64,000 nucleotides of DNA from Eledone cirrhosa (GCA_964016885.1 OZ024760.1:34348001-34412000), one strand, 5' to 3'; positions 1-14,520 are shown, numbered from the stretch's first letter. Made by a program: numbers and translations. The notes: generated from the sequence alone by a model not told the origin.

Positions 1-20
1 TATATATGTATATATATATG

Positions 21-72
<52 letters not shown>

Positions 73-298
73 TGTATATATATGTATATATATGTATATA
101 TATTAGGTATAGGATTATCCAAGATGTAGTGATGGTTAATTACTACACTGGATATGGTTGATGTACGGTAAGAGATTACTCTACGAGTTATGGAAGAATT
201 GTTCAAGAAACTAAGTTCCTGATCCTTCAGTATTCCGGAGTGTATATAAAGAATGAATAATAACAGGTAGACATCATAAAAAGGTAGTTTATTCCGTG

Positions 299-410
299 TG
301 CTTACAAGTGTTTCCACGGTGGTGCTGCAGCCTAGTTCCGCTACGTGCAAATTCACAAGTATTTGCCGAACTCGAATATCCAATGCTGTGACCACTGTTT
401 CCTCAGAGCA
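299..410 (-). ncRNA. Type I hammerhead motif, inverted pLTR copy
   Basis: Reverse complement of 2172-2283 with a few substitutions (stem II 3' side CCACCGTG). Confidence 0.7.
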
Positions 411-1100
411 GAATGGTAAATATACAATGTAAAAACCCTTAAGTGGGGTTGTTGGGGAAGATAGAGTGGAACAGGAAGAGAGAAAAGTAGGGAAGAAGGA
501 GAGAGAAGGAAAGATATGTAGGGGTTGGAGAAGTAGGAGAGAGTGGCTTGTAGATATCTTAATCAAAATGTTATGGTAGGGGTTTTATTAGTTACTTTTG
601 GAGAGATGTGTAGATAGTTGAGGTCGGAATTATTTATTGCCCCAGAGGGCAGGTTCATAAATGTTGAGAGGGAGGTAGGTCAAAGGTGAGAGAGCGAGAG
701 TGTAATGGATGTAGAGAGAGATATATAGGTAGAGAGGGGACAGATAAATATGTGTGGTGAGTGAACTTTTGGTTTTGTAGTAGTATTCTAGGAGTTGTAC
801 TGAGTTACCATGTATAGTGATAAGCAGTGTATTGTCTTGTAGTGTGGGGGGAAGAGAGGGTTGTTAGCTAGAAAGTGGTGTTGTGGTTACGGGTTCGAAT
901 GTTAAGTTATTTTATAGTGAGAGAATTTAGCTTTTAGTTTGTGGTTGCAGTATAATGATCGTTCAATTCTATCGTTAAGTAGTTTGTTTTGGGATTTTAG
1001 TATGTAAAATAGCTCAAGGTTACATAACCTGCAGTACTCCACGGCATACTCCACGGCACCAAACCTTGAAGCATACATAAAAAAACTTAACTTAAGGCAA

Positions 1101-1679
1101 TTGAACAACTCTACTAAACAAAACATTTTAGTAACAGATGGGCAGAACGCAATATCTGCCTCCCAACCACTAAATGGGAGACGGGTATTGCACAACCCAC
1201 CTGTACCGCTATCACAACCTATCCATGGTATACCCGATACCTACAACAAAGCATGTAACTGCCATCTACCTGAAAGATGTCCATTGCAGAATGAATGCCT
1301 AAAGTCCAACATTGTTTACCAATGCACGGTTGAATCGGACGACCAGAAATGGTATTATATCGGATCTACCACCACATCGTATAAATCTCGCTGGTACCGT
1401 CATCGATTCTCAATCAAACATCAGAATCACCGTTTTGTGACCACGCTCGCCAACAAGACCTGGCAACTCCGTGAACACAACCAACAGTTCACCTTAAAAT
1501 GGGATATACTTTCCAGCGCAAATGCATATCGGAGTGGTTTGAAGTACTGCAGGTTATGTAACCTTGAGCTATTTTACATACTAAAATCCCAAAACAAACT
1601 ACTTAACGATAGAATTGAACGATCATTATACTGCAACCACAAACTAAAAGCTAAATTCTCTCACTATAAAATAACTTAA
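1101..1679 (+). pseudogene. PLE GIY-YIG endonuclease domain (3' end of truncated ORF)
   Basis: CNC..CPLQNECLKSNIVYQCTV..WYYIGST..KSRWYRH..CRLCNLE: GIY-YIG motif with PLE-type Cys/His residues. No RT upstream. Confidence 0.88.
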
Positions 1680-2171
1680 CATTCGAACCCGTAACTACAA
1701 CACCACTTTCTAGCTAACAACCTTCTCTTCCCCCCCACACTACAAGACAATACACTGCTTATCACTATACATGGTAACTCAGTACAACTCCTAGAATACT
1801 ACTACAAAACCAAAAGTTCACTCACCACACATATTTATCTGTCCCCTCTCTACCTATATATCTCTCTCTACATCCATTACACTCTCGCTCTCTCACCTTT
1901 GACCTACCTCCCTCTCAACATTTATGAACCTGCCCTCTGGGGCAATAAATAATTCCGACCTCAACTATCTACGCATCTCTCCAAAAGTAACTAATAAAAC
2001 CCCTACCATAACATTTTGATTAAGATATCTACAAGCCACTCTCTCCTACTTCTCCAACCCCTGCATATCTTTCCTTCTCTCTCCTTCTTCCCTACTTTTC
2101 TCTCTTCCTGTTCCACTCTATCTTCCCCAACAACCCCACTTAAGGGTTTTTCCATTGTATATTTACCATTC

Positions 2172-2283
2172 TGCTCTGAGGAAACAGTGGTCACAGCATT
2201 GGATATTCGAGTTCTGCAAATACTTGTGAATTTGCACGTAGCGGAACTAGGCTGCAGCACCACAGTGGAAACACTTGTAAGCA
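2172..2283 (+). ncRNA. Type I hammerhead ribozyme motif in PLE pLTR, long stem II
   Basis: TGCT-CTGAGGA(2176-2182)-~85 nt branched stem II-GAAA(2268-2271)-CACTTG-TA-AGCA. Stem I is UGCU/AGCA; stem III is minimal. Confidence 0.72.
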
Positions 2284-2337
2284 CGCGGAATAAACTACCT
2301 TTTTATGATGTCTACCTGTTATTATTCATTCTTTATA

Positions 2338-3311
<974 letters not shown>

Positions 3312-6239
3312 TATACTCTTTTACTCTTTTACCTGTTTCAGCCATCCGGCTGAGGCCATGCTGGGGCACCGCCCTTGTTGCTACACATTTTATCTCCAGC
3401 CTGTATAGGTTGGCTACTGGTGTAGGAGGGAGTTTGTTGCTGCTGCCCTTAGGTTTCCCTCGTGTCTTGCTGTGGGCTCATCCGGGATCCTGGATAACAA
3501 GGTGTCGAGATGTTTCTTAAAGACATCCACCTCCACGTCATGCAAGTCTCGCAGATGCCTCGGCAGCCTGTTGAAGAGTTGAGGGCCCTTGAATCCCAGG
3601 CTATTGCAATACCTGCTCCTTATTCTAGATGTGGAAGACGGGACCTTTGGTACCACACAGTGACGTCCTGTTCGACGGTTGGTCCAGCTCCCAATGCCAA
3701 AGTTTGTTGCTAGTCCCTCCAGGATTTTCCACATGTAGATCACTGCGTATCTCTCCCGTCTTCGCTCCAAGGAGTAGAGGTTCAGTTCCTTCAGCCTCTC
3801 CCAGTAGCTTGTCTCCCTCATCTTGGCAATCCTCTTGGTGTAGCTTCGCTGGATTGCCTCAAGCTCCGTGGTTAGTTTGACACTATGGGGTGACCACAGC
3901 TGGGAGCAGTAGTCCAGGCGGCTTAGGACAAAAGTCTTCCACAGTGTCAACATGGTGTCTCGATCTCTTGTAAGGAAAGTCCTCAAGATCCAGCCAGCGA
4001 ATCGTCTACATGCTGTCGCCACCTTCATGATGTGTGAAGAAAAAGATGCATCATCGCTCATGTCTATGCCCAGGTCTCGTATCGATTTTGACACGGGAAT
4101 ATCGGTCTCTCCTGGTCTTGTGTAGCTGTGTTCCGCTATATTTGTGTTTGCAGGTTTGTATTGCCTGTGCTACCTTAGTGTCATCAGCATAGCTAGTGAG
4201 GGATGTTGTTGCATGCACCACAGAGGGCATGTCCGAGAGAGCCACCAAAAACAGTAGTGGTCCCAGGACTGTCCCCTGAGGCACCCCACTTGTTATCGGT
4301 GTTTCCCTCGAGTGGGCCCCATTTGCTGCGACTGCCTGGCTTCTGTCCCTTAGGAAGCCATGCAGCCACTCACCTACTTTTCCAGTTATGCCGAGTCCGT
4401 GTAGTTTGTGACATATCATTCCGTGGTCGACCTTGTCAAAGGCCTTCGCAAAGTCAAGATATATCACGTCTACATGTGAGCTGTCTAGTAGTTGTCTCAG
4501 TACCCAGTCGTAGTGATGTAGCAGCTGTGTAAGGCAGCTTCTTCCTGGGCGGAAGCCATGTTGCGTGCTAGTCAGGCGGTCATTTTCTTCGAGGAAAGTG
4601 ATTAGTTTCTTTCTGATGACTCGCTCCATGACCTTACTGATATGCGACGTCAGGGAGACTGGCCTATAGTTCTTGACCTCCGCTCTACTACCTCCTTTAT
4701 GGATAGGGCATATTGTGCCTTCTTTCAGCTCCCTGGGTAGTACACCGCTAGCCAAGGAGCTTCTGAAGAGCATCTTCAGTGGAGTTGCTAAGGCCCGCTT
4801 ACATATTTTTAGGAGAACTGCTGGGAATCCATCAGGTCCAGCAGCCGAGTCTGTTCTAATTTCATCAATGGCGTACACCACATCCTCCTCCGTTATGTCT
4901 ATGTGGTTGATGGTTGCCATTTCTTGATGTAGTGTTGTGGCATCAAAGAACTCCTCTGGCTTCGTTATTTGCATGTGCCTCAGTGGACATGTGAAGACAC
5001 TTTTGTACTGTTCGTTCAGTATTTCACATATCTCTTGGGGATTTTCGGTTAATGAACCGTCCGTGTGGAAGAGTGGTCCAATCTTGCAGTGTACTGAGGC
5101 AGTTTCTTTTGCAAATTTAAAGAAGGCCTTAGGGTTTGTTTTAATGTTTTCTATGGCCCTGTTCTCTTTCCTTGCCCTCTCATTCTCATGTGAAAGCTTG
5201 AGTGCAATCTCGGTGTCAAGTAGTGCACGTTTCAAATAGGATTTCTTCTTGTTTTGGTTTTGTTGGTTTGAGAGTTTAGTTCTACGTCTCATAAGGATTT
5301 TCCTATCTCTGGGAATAAGATTTTTGTGTCTGTTTGCCTCTTTCTCCGGGACACACTTTTTGCATATGGTGTGTATCGTTGTCATGAAGTGTTGAAAATG
5401 TGTGTTAGTGTCTTGTTTGGCGATGTTTGCACTCCATGTTTGCTTCCGGATTTCACTCTTAATCTTCTTCCAGTCAGCCCCGTAGAAGTTAAGGCTGGAT
5501 AGCGTCCCGGAGCTTCTTGGTGGTTTTGTCTCTGTTGGTTCTCTTGGACCACATATCATTAGCTCTACCAAGTTATGATCCGAGAGAATTGTTGGTGTCA
5601 CCTTTACATTGTGGATGAGCACTTCGTTGTTTGTAAAACAGAGGTCCAGGACATTTTCGCCTCTTGTTGGGAGGAGTATTGCTTGCTCCATGAACAGCCT
5701 GTGTGTGAGGGCCAGCAGGGATTCCGTCTGTCTCTGTTCTATTGACGTCATTCCAGGGAGGAGGTGGCCCTCAGGCCATTTGACCTTTGGTAGGTTGAAG
5801 TCTCCCAGCAGTAGGATGTTGAGACCCTGGTCCAGTTTGTCAAGGACCTCTTCTATCCTACTTAGGCTATCCTCAAATTTACCCTCATGACTGGGGGCAT
5901 CGGGTGGCCGATATGTGACACATATTACCGTCTGTAGTTGCTTCATATGTATTATCAGTGTGTCACAGACTGAGTTTGAATGTGTCAACAGTACAATTGG
6001 TGTGACATCTTCACGGATATACAGAGCAACCCCACCATGAGTTCTCTCCTTCCTGTCCGAACGAAATACAGTATATTTCGGTATATGTATTTCTGCATCT
6101 GCTATACTGCTTGTCAGGTGCGTTTCGGTTAGTGCCATGCATAGTGCTTGATTGCTTATGGCTAAGTCTCCCAGGTAGGAAATTTTACTCATGTTGCTGA
6201 GTTTCACCAGGCAGGCCCCTGACATTCAGCAGCAGCACT
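3312..6239 (-). mobile_element. CR1-group LINE (APE endonuclease + RT), truncated near ORF2 start, (GTAAAAGA)n tail
   Basis: ORF 4051-6225 has ALTETHL, GDFN, SDH (APE) and [42 protein letters not shown] (RT). ORF 3414-4094 is the RT C-terminus (SRLDYCSQLWSP, SLERRRERY). Tail repeat at 3312-3331. Confidence 0.92.
3414..6225 (-). pseudogene. LINE ORF2 (EN-RT) with internal deletion/frameshift just after YADD (~4150)
   Basis: YADDTKVAQAIQT runs straight into unrelated-frame sequence. The ~45 aa present at this position in the 42450 ORF (LQSDL..WAEKNNM..KF) are missing. Confidence 0.85.
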
Positions 6240-6284
6240 GTATATATATATATATGTATGTATATATATATATATATATGTATG

Positions 6285-6317
<33 letters not shown>

Positions 6318-6434
6318 GTATGTATATATATATATATATGTATTTATATATATATATATGTATGTATATATATGTATATGTATGTATATATATATATGTA
6401 TGTATATATATATATGTATGTATATATATGTATT

Positions 6435-6465
<31 letters not shown>

Positions 6466-6497
6466 GTATATATATATATGTATGTATATATATATAT

Positions 6498-6722
6498 GCA
6501 CAGGCATTGCTTTATATCTGGAGATCTCTCTGCACTTGTCATCACATGGTACCATGGGCCCTGCACTATGTGTCAATAATGGTCACAGGTGTAGTCTTTG
6601 TACCAGAGTTTTCAAGTCGCTGGCTGGACTAAAAAGTCACATTCTTTCAGCGCATCGGTAGGGGTTCTCCTACATGGATATAAAGCAGTGGCCGTACTCG
6701 AAAACGAGTTGGCAGCCACCAT
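6498..6722 (+). mobile_element. 5'-truncated copy of the ~610-bp non-autonomous RTE derivative
   Basis: Matches 13159-13383. Encodes a C2H2 finger remnant [23 protein letters not shown]. Confidence 0.85.
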
Positions 6723-7898
<1,176 letters not shown>

Positions 7899-10800
7899 AT
7901 CATCATCATCATCAGGTTTAGCGTCCGTGTTCCACGTTTGCATGGGTTTGGACGTGGGTTTTCCCAAGAGTGGTCGTCTTGCTCGCATAGGACTGTCTGG
8001 CGGGTTTTCTACAGCTGGATGCCCTTCCTGACACCAACCACATTTACAGTGTAGGGCTGGGAGGTTTTTACCGTGTTGCCTACACGGCCACATTTAGAGC
8101 GTGGACTGTATGTTTTTTTGTCGTGACACCTACATGATCTCATTTGTTTCGGCCTGGATGTTGTGGGACCAACATAACTTTACATTGAAAGGGGTGGTGT
8201 GGATGGGGTGGAGGTGGTGGGACGGGGGTGTGTTTTGATAGAGATGCCTACTGACTGTAGTAGGTTTTTACTTTGTATTTAGGTAAGGCGGGTCTTCTCT
8301 ATTACTGAGTACCGCCAAAGGTCTCGGTCCAGTGACATTGTCTTGGAGAGGTGTAAGCGTGTGAGGTCGGAATTTATCATTTCGTCCCAGGTTTTTCTGG
8401 GTCTGCCTACTCCGTGGCTACCGTCTATCTTTATTGCCCTGCACTTTGTTATACAGCTGTCGTCTTTCATGCGCATCACGTGACCGTACCAACGTAGCCT
8501 TCTCTCGAGTAAACATCTGATCCCTCTTATTTCTAATTTTTTCCTTAGTTCGTTTATGCTTAGCCGTTCACGTATATTACTATTGCACATCCAGCGGAGC
8601 ATGCAAGCTTCGTTCCTCTCTAGTCTGCGTATATCCTCTGCACACAATGCCCAGGTCTCACTGCCATGCAGCATTGCTGTTCGTATGCAGGCATCGTATA
8701 ACCTGCCTTTCATTTTTAGGGAGAACCCTCTAGCGGCTAATAGTGGTATAAGCTCTCTGAACTTTTTCCATCCAGTTCTGACTCTAGCTACTGTACTTTC
8801 AGAGCACCCTCCCCCACTGCTGATTTTGTCACCCAGGTAACGGAAGCTGTCCACTATTTCTATAGAACCCTCTGCACAATTGAAAGAGCTAGTATTTATG
8901 GGCACTTGCTGCTACTTATTGCACCAGAGCACCGGCCACATGTAAAATCTATGTTCTTAGTTAGCTTACCTGTGATCCCACTACATCTTTTATGCACCCA
9001 TACTTTGCATTGGGGACATAAAATGGAGTTTCTACCTACGCCTTTCCTACACACTGAGCATGGCCATTTCCCGGAAGGGACCGCCGCCTTATTTTCTTTC
9101 CTACAAACTAGAACTTTAGTCTTAGCCAGGTTAATTTTAAGGCCTTTTGATTCTAGGCCGTGCTTCCATGTTTGGAATTTCTTCTCTAGTTCGGTCATTG
9201 ATTCAGCTATGAGCGTTAGATCATCTGCGTATAGGAGTTCCTATGGGCAGCCGGTCTTGAACCCCTCTGTTATAGCCTGAAGGGCAATAATAAATAGTAG
9301 GGGGCTAAGAACAGAGCCCTGATGGACACCAACTTTTACGCTAAACTCTTCACTATATTCGTTGTTAATTCTAACCTTACTGACTGTTTCTTTATACATG
9401 GCTTGTATAGCTCTCACAAGCCATTCGTCAACACCTAGTTTTCTAAGAGCCCACCAGATAATGGAACGGGGGACTCTGTCGAAGGCTTTCTCCAAGTCGA
9501 CAAAAGCTAAGTATAGGGGTTTACTTTTAGCTAGGTACTCCTCCTGTAGTTGTCGTACAATGAAAAGAGCGCCTGTGGTACTTTTGCCTGACACAATCCC
9601 GAACTGCATTTCATCTAGATCAATTCTCTCTCTGATTAGTTGCGCTATTACTTTTTCCGTGACCTTCATGGCCTGGTCGATTAATTTAATGCCTCTATAG
9701 TTACTCCTATCTAGGGCATCTCCTTTTCCCTTATAGTAGTTAACGATGATGCTGCTACGCCAGTCCTTCGGAACAACCCCGTTCTGTACGACTTGGTTAA
9801 CTATCCGGGTGACCATGGTGTGTCCCACCGAACCAGATGCCTTCAGCATCTCAGCAACTATTTCCGAAGCCCCAGCCGCCTTACCCGTCTTCATATCTTT
9901 GATTGCCTTACTTATTATATTACCTTCGACTAACAGTGCTGGTCCCTCTATTGGGTCGATGTTGGGGAGACTGTCTTTCTCCCATTTATTCTCCTCATTT
10001 AGAAGCCTTTCGTAGTGACACTTCCAAGCTACCTTCTTATCAGCGTCGGTGATGGCAAGTATGCTATCATCGTTAAGTACACACTTCTCCCCGACAATAT
10101 CATGGTTTTCCTTGACACATTTGCCTAGCAATCCTGAACACCTCACGTTTTTGGTCCTCACGTTGTAGAACATGCTTGAACTTTCTTTCCTCTGCTTCCC
10201 TTCTTGCGAAGTACACTTGTCTCCTAGCTTCCCTCCTGGCCACTTGATAGTCTTCTCTACTTCCCCCATCCCGCCATACTTTCCAAGCCTGCTTTTTGGC
10301 CTTAATTGACTCCTCCACCTTACTGTTCCACCACCATGTTACTCTCCTCCTACCTACAGGCCTGCTCCAGCCACAGACTTCATATGCCGCCGTCAGCAGG
10401 TTTGCTTTCAGGAATTCCCACTGTTCCTCTATATTATACGACTCTAATTGCTCTTCCTTACTGTCGAAAGCATCAAGTAATATGCTTTGAAATTTATTTC
10501 TGGCTATGGGGTCCTTTAGCTTCCATATTTTTCTCCTGAGGATAGTCCTCTTCCGCTGTCTAGTACGTCTCGTCCTGACTATGAGGTCGCTAATTATCAG
10601 TCTATGTTGGGAGGTGAATTCTTCATGGGGGAGGGATTTAGTGTTAACAACAGACACTCTGTCACGTCTTCTGGTAAGGATATAATCTACCTGGCTTGTG
10701 TGTTCCCCCGATCTATAGGTGATCAAGTGATTGTCTCGTTTTTTGAAGTTAGTGTTACAGATAGGTTATTTGCCTCACAGAATTCCAGGATTCTGGAGCC

Positions 10801-12022
10801 TTCCTCATTTCTAGTACCGAACCCATAGCCTCCATGGATTCCGTCATAGCCGTCACAATGTTGTCCAACGTGACCATTTAGGTCGCCTGCAATAATTATA
10901 TAGTCACTGTCGGTTATTTGGGAGGTAGCGAGCATCAGTGTCTCATAGAATCTTTCTTTTATAGCGCCGGGAAGTCCGGATTGGGGTGCGTACGCAGATA
11001 TTACTGTCACCGTAGTTTTATTGAGGACAAGTCTTATTTTAATTATTCTGTCGTTCATTCTATTTACGTCTATTATCTTATCTGCCCACTTTTCTGCTAC
11101 CATGATTCCTACCCCACCCAGCCCATTGTCATTTCCCACCCAGAAAAGCTTATAGCATCGTTCTTTACCCACGATGAATCCAGCAGACCCTCCCCTCCAC
11201 CTGGTCTCTTGAATACAACAAACATCGACCTCCTTACGTTCAAGCATTTCTACAACCTCGTTAGAGCGACCCTTTAAGGTGCCTACATTCATGGTACCAA
11301 CTCTGAAGTTTTGGATTGCGTTCGGAGGGTGGGAGTGGTGGGGCGTGCGGTTATGTTAGCCATCCTCGGCCGAAACAAGGAGGAGTGCTTGCATTCTCGT
11401 CCACGAGGTGAATTTGTCTTTATCTTTGGCATTGTCGCTGAGCGTCAACATTTTTCTCTCTTCAACTCTCCAGAATTCCGTAGTCCATCCATCATATCAA
11501 AAAGCAACCAGTAAAGCAATAGTATGAGCCTCTGACTTATGATTGGTGGTGCGTGGGGGTGGGTGGGAGGGATGATGGGTTGTTAGCGAGAATGTAAGGT
11601 TTAAGATAAGATCGCCGTATTTTGGGCATAATTTAACAATAAACGAAAATACAAGATTTGTTTTGTTTAAGAAAATACGATAGAGAAAATGCGGTGATAG
11701 GGAAAATATGATTTTAGAGAAAAAATATGATATAGAATGGTGAAAATATGATATAGTGTGAAAATATGACATAGAATAGTGATTGAATGAAAGACTAATG
11801 GATTAGAATGTAGAGAAGAATCGAGAAAAATATTTGAATGTTACTTTATACCGATGGAACAGCCATCCCAGAAATAGCGAGTTGGCGATTTTGATTAATT
11901 TTGGTAGGGTTTATCTTATATGTATAGAGTGGTAGGGGGTGGGGCAGGAACCAGCATGATGTATGGGTAGGGGGTAGAAGATGGGATGGAGCATACAGGT
12001 TAAGAGTTTAAATAGGCACTCG
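7899..12022 (-). mobile_element. Near full-length RTE-clade LINE, frameshifted, (GAT)n tail
   Basis: Successive minus ORFs: 10723-11292 (NVGT, CIQETRW, SAYAPQ, GDLNGH: APE), 10100-10726 (QVDY, SQHRL), 9241-10269 ([31 protein letters not shown]), 8896-9198, 8279-8905 ([21 protein letters not shown]). (CAT)n at 7899. 5' boundary approximate. Confidence 0.93.
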
Positions 12023-12266
12023 ATATGTATGTATATATGTATATGTATATGTATCTATATGTATAAATATATATATATGTATATATATATGTATATGTAT
12101 ATATATATGTATATGTATATATATGCATATGTATATGTATATATATGCATATGTATATGTATATTTATATGTATATGTATATATATATGTACGTGTGTGT
12201 GTGTGTGTATGTATATATATATATATATGTGTATGTATATATATGTGTATATATATATATGTATAT

Positions 12267-12365
12267 GCAGACAGAACCTGGGGGCAGCGATGGGGGACAG
12301 GGGATTCTGCAGCAAGAGAGTGAGATCCATCATCTCGACAGTAGTCGACGAGTGATGATGATGAT
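12267..12365 (+). mobile_element. ~100-bp RTE-type 3' end with (GAT)n tail, copy 1
   Basis: Encodes ..[21 protein letters not shown] followed by GATGATGAT. Near-identical to 16088 and 36823. Confidence 0.8.
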
Positions 12366-12662
12366 ATATGTGTATATATATATATATATGTATGTATATA
12401 TATATGATTATGTATATGGTTAATTATGCTGATGGTTAATTATGTATATGGTTAATTATGCTGGAAGAAATAGTATATATTTTAATATCTGATTGATTCT
12501 ATAGACGTGTTTTATGATATAATGCTCTGATTTTTTGATTTTAACTTATTAATTCTTCATTGAGCTTAAAAGTGAACAGTTGCAACACATATATGTATCC
12601 TTGATTTAATTTAATTTAATTCTATGTATGTGATAACCTCTATATATATATATGTATTTATG

Positions 12663-12693
<31 letters not shown>

Positions 12694-12730
12694 ATGTATA
12701 TATATATATATATATATACATACATACATG

Positions 12731-12764
<34 letters not shown>

Positions 12765-12773
12765 TGTATGTAT

Positions 12774-13383
12774 GTCAGGTCACCAGTTGGTGCTACTGGT
12801 AACATGTATCCCAGTACAACCTGTCCCATGGTCGGGTCGTTGGCGACTAAACTGGCAACCCCACCAAGGTTTCTTGGTGAGGAGGGTGACTTTGGACATC
12901 CTGCAGGACTAAAAACAAAACCTGTCAAAGGGCAAAGGAGCTCTTAAGAGTCAATGGCCATCCAAAATCACCGGGAGAGATGACCCCTTAGCCATTGTCA
13001 AGGCAGAATTCTAGGAGAAGGAAAACTCTGATATAACACCTGCAACCCTGATGGTATCCAATGATGTTGACTTGTTCTTCTTTTTGGTAAATATCATCTT
13101 GGTTAAGAGAGTGGGACTGGCTTTGTGCAGTGCCTTTGCTCACTATAAAAGCTTCACGGCACAGGCATTGCTTTATATCTGGAGATCTCTCTGCACTTGT
13201 CGTCACATGGTACCATGGGCCCAGCACTATGTGTCAGTAATTGTCACAAGTGTAGTGTTTGTACCAGAGTTTTCAAGTCGCTGGCTGGACTAAAAAGTCA
13301 CACTCGTTCAGCGCATCGGTAGGGGTTCTCCTACATGGATATAAAGTAGTGGCCGTACTCGAAAACGAGTTGGCAGCCACCAT
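12774..13383 (+). mobile_element. ~610-bp non-autonomous bipartite RTE-derived element, full copy
   Basis: Four copies in the window. The 5' part has CTAGGAGAAGGAAAACTCTGA, which resembles RTE 5'UTR motifs. The 3' part encodes a C2H2 finger ([23 protein letters not shown]) plus a CTCGAAAACGAG stem-loop. No RT. Confidence 0.82.
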
Positions 13384-13446
13384 GTATGTATGTATGCATG
13401 CATATACATATATATATGTATGTATATATATGTAAGTATATGTATG

Positions 13447-13481
<35 letters not shown>

Positions 13482-13557
13482 GTATATATATATGTATGTA
13501 TATATATATATGTATGTATATATATATATGTATGTATATATATATATATGTATGTAT

Positions 13558-13593
<36 letters not shown>

Positions 13594-13598
13594 GTATG

Positions 13599-13629
<31 letters not shown>

Positions 13630-13802
13630 GTATGTATATATATGTATGTTTATATATATGTATATATGTATTTATATATATGTATGTTTATATATATGTT
13701 TATATATATGTATATATGTATTTATATATATGTATGTTTATATATATGTATATATGTATATATATATATGTATATATGTATATATATATATGTATATATG
13801 TA

Positions 13803-13833
<31 letters not shown>

Positions 13834-14068
13834 ATATATGTATATATATATATATATATGTATGTATATATATATATGTATATATATATATGTATGTATA
13901 TGTATATATATATATGTATATATATATATGTATGTATATATATATGTATATATATATATGTATGTATATATATATATGTATATATATATATGTATGTTTA
14001 TATATATGTATGTTTATATATATGTATATATATATATATGTATGTATATGTATGTATATATATGTATG

Positions 14069-14102
<34 letters not shown>

Positions 14103-14178
14103 TGTATATATATATGTATATATATATGTATATATATATATGTATATACATATGTATATATATATGTATATATATATG

Positions 14179-14209
<31 letters not shown>

Positions 14210-14217
14210 GTATGTAT

Positions 14218-14251
<34 letters not shown>

Positions 14252-14274
14252 GTTTATATATATATGTATATATG

Positions 14275-14321
<47 letters not shown>

Positions 14322-14398
14322 ATATATATGTATATATATATATATATGTATATATGTATATATATATGTATATATATATGTATATGTATATGTATATA

Positions 14399-14431
<33 letters not shown>

Positions 14432-14520
14432 ATATATATGTATATATGTATATATATATATATATGTATATATGTATATATATATGTATATATGTATATA
14501 TATGTATATATATATATACG

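Larger units (their letters stand above)
243..2337 (+). mobile_element. 5'-truncated Penelope-like element with inverted pseudo-LTR (arms ~243-1038 and ~1543-2337)
   Basis: The left arm is the near-exact reverse complement of the right arm (~795 bp). The body encodes a GIY-YIG endonuclease C-terminus, and each arm has a hammerhead motif. Inverted pLTRs are an established PLE architecture. Confidence 0.9.

Noticed and set aside
12406-12640. Hammerhead relic on the minus strand of an AT-rich island
   Set aside because: Both core boxes are mutated (ATGAAGA, AAAACACGTC) and no stem I pairing is evident.
12774-12860. HDV-like ribozyme at the 5' end of the 610-bp element
   Set aside because: P4-C-UAA-P2-like pieces are present (GG-GTCG TTGG CGAC-TAA-ACTGG), but P1 and P3 cannot be arranged in the required nested order.
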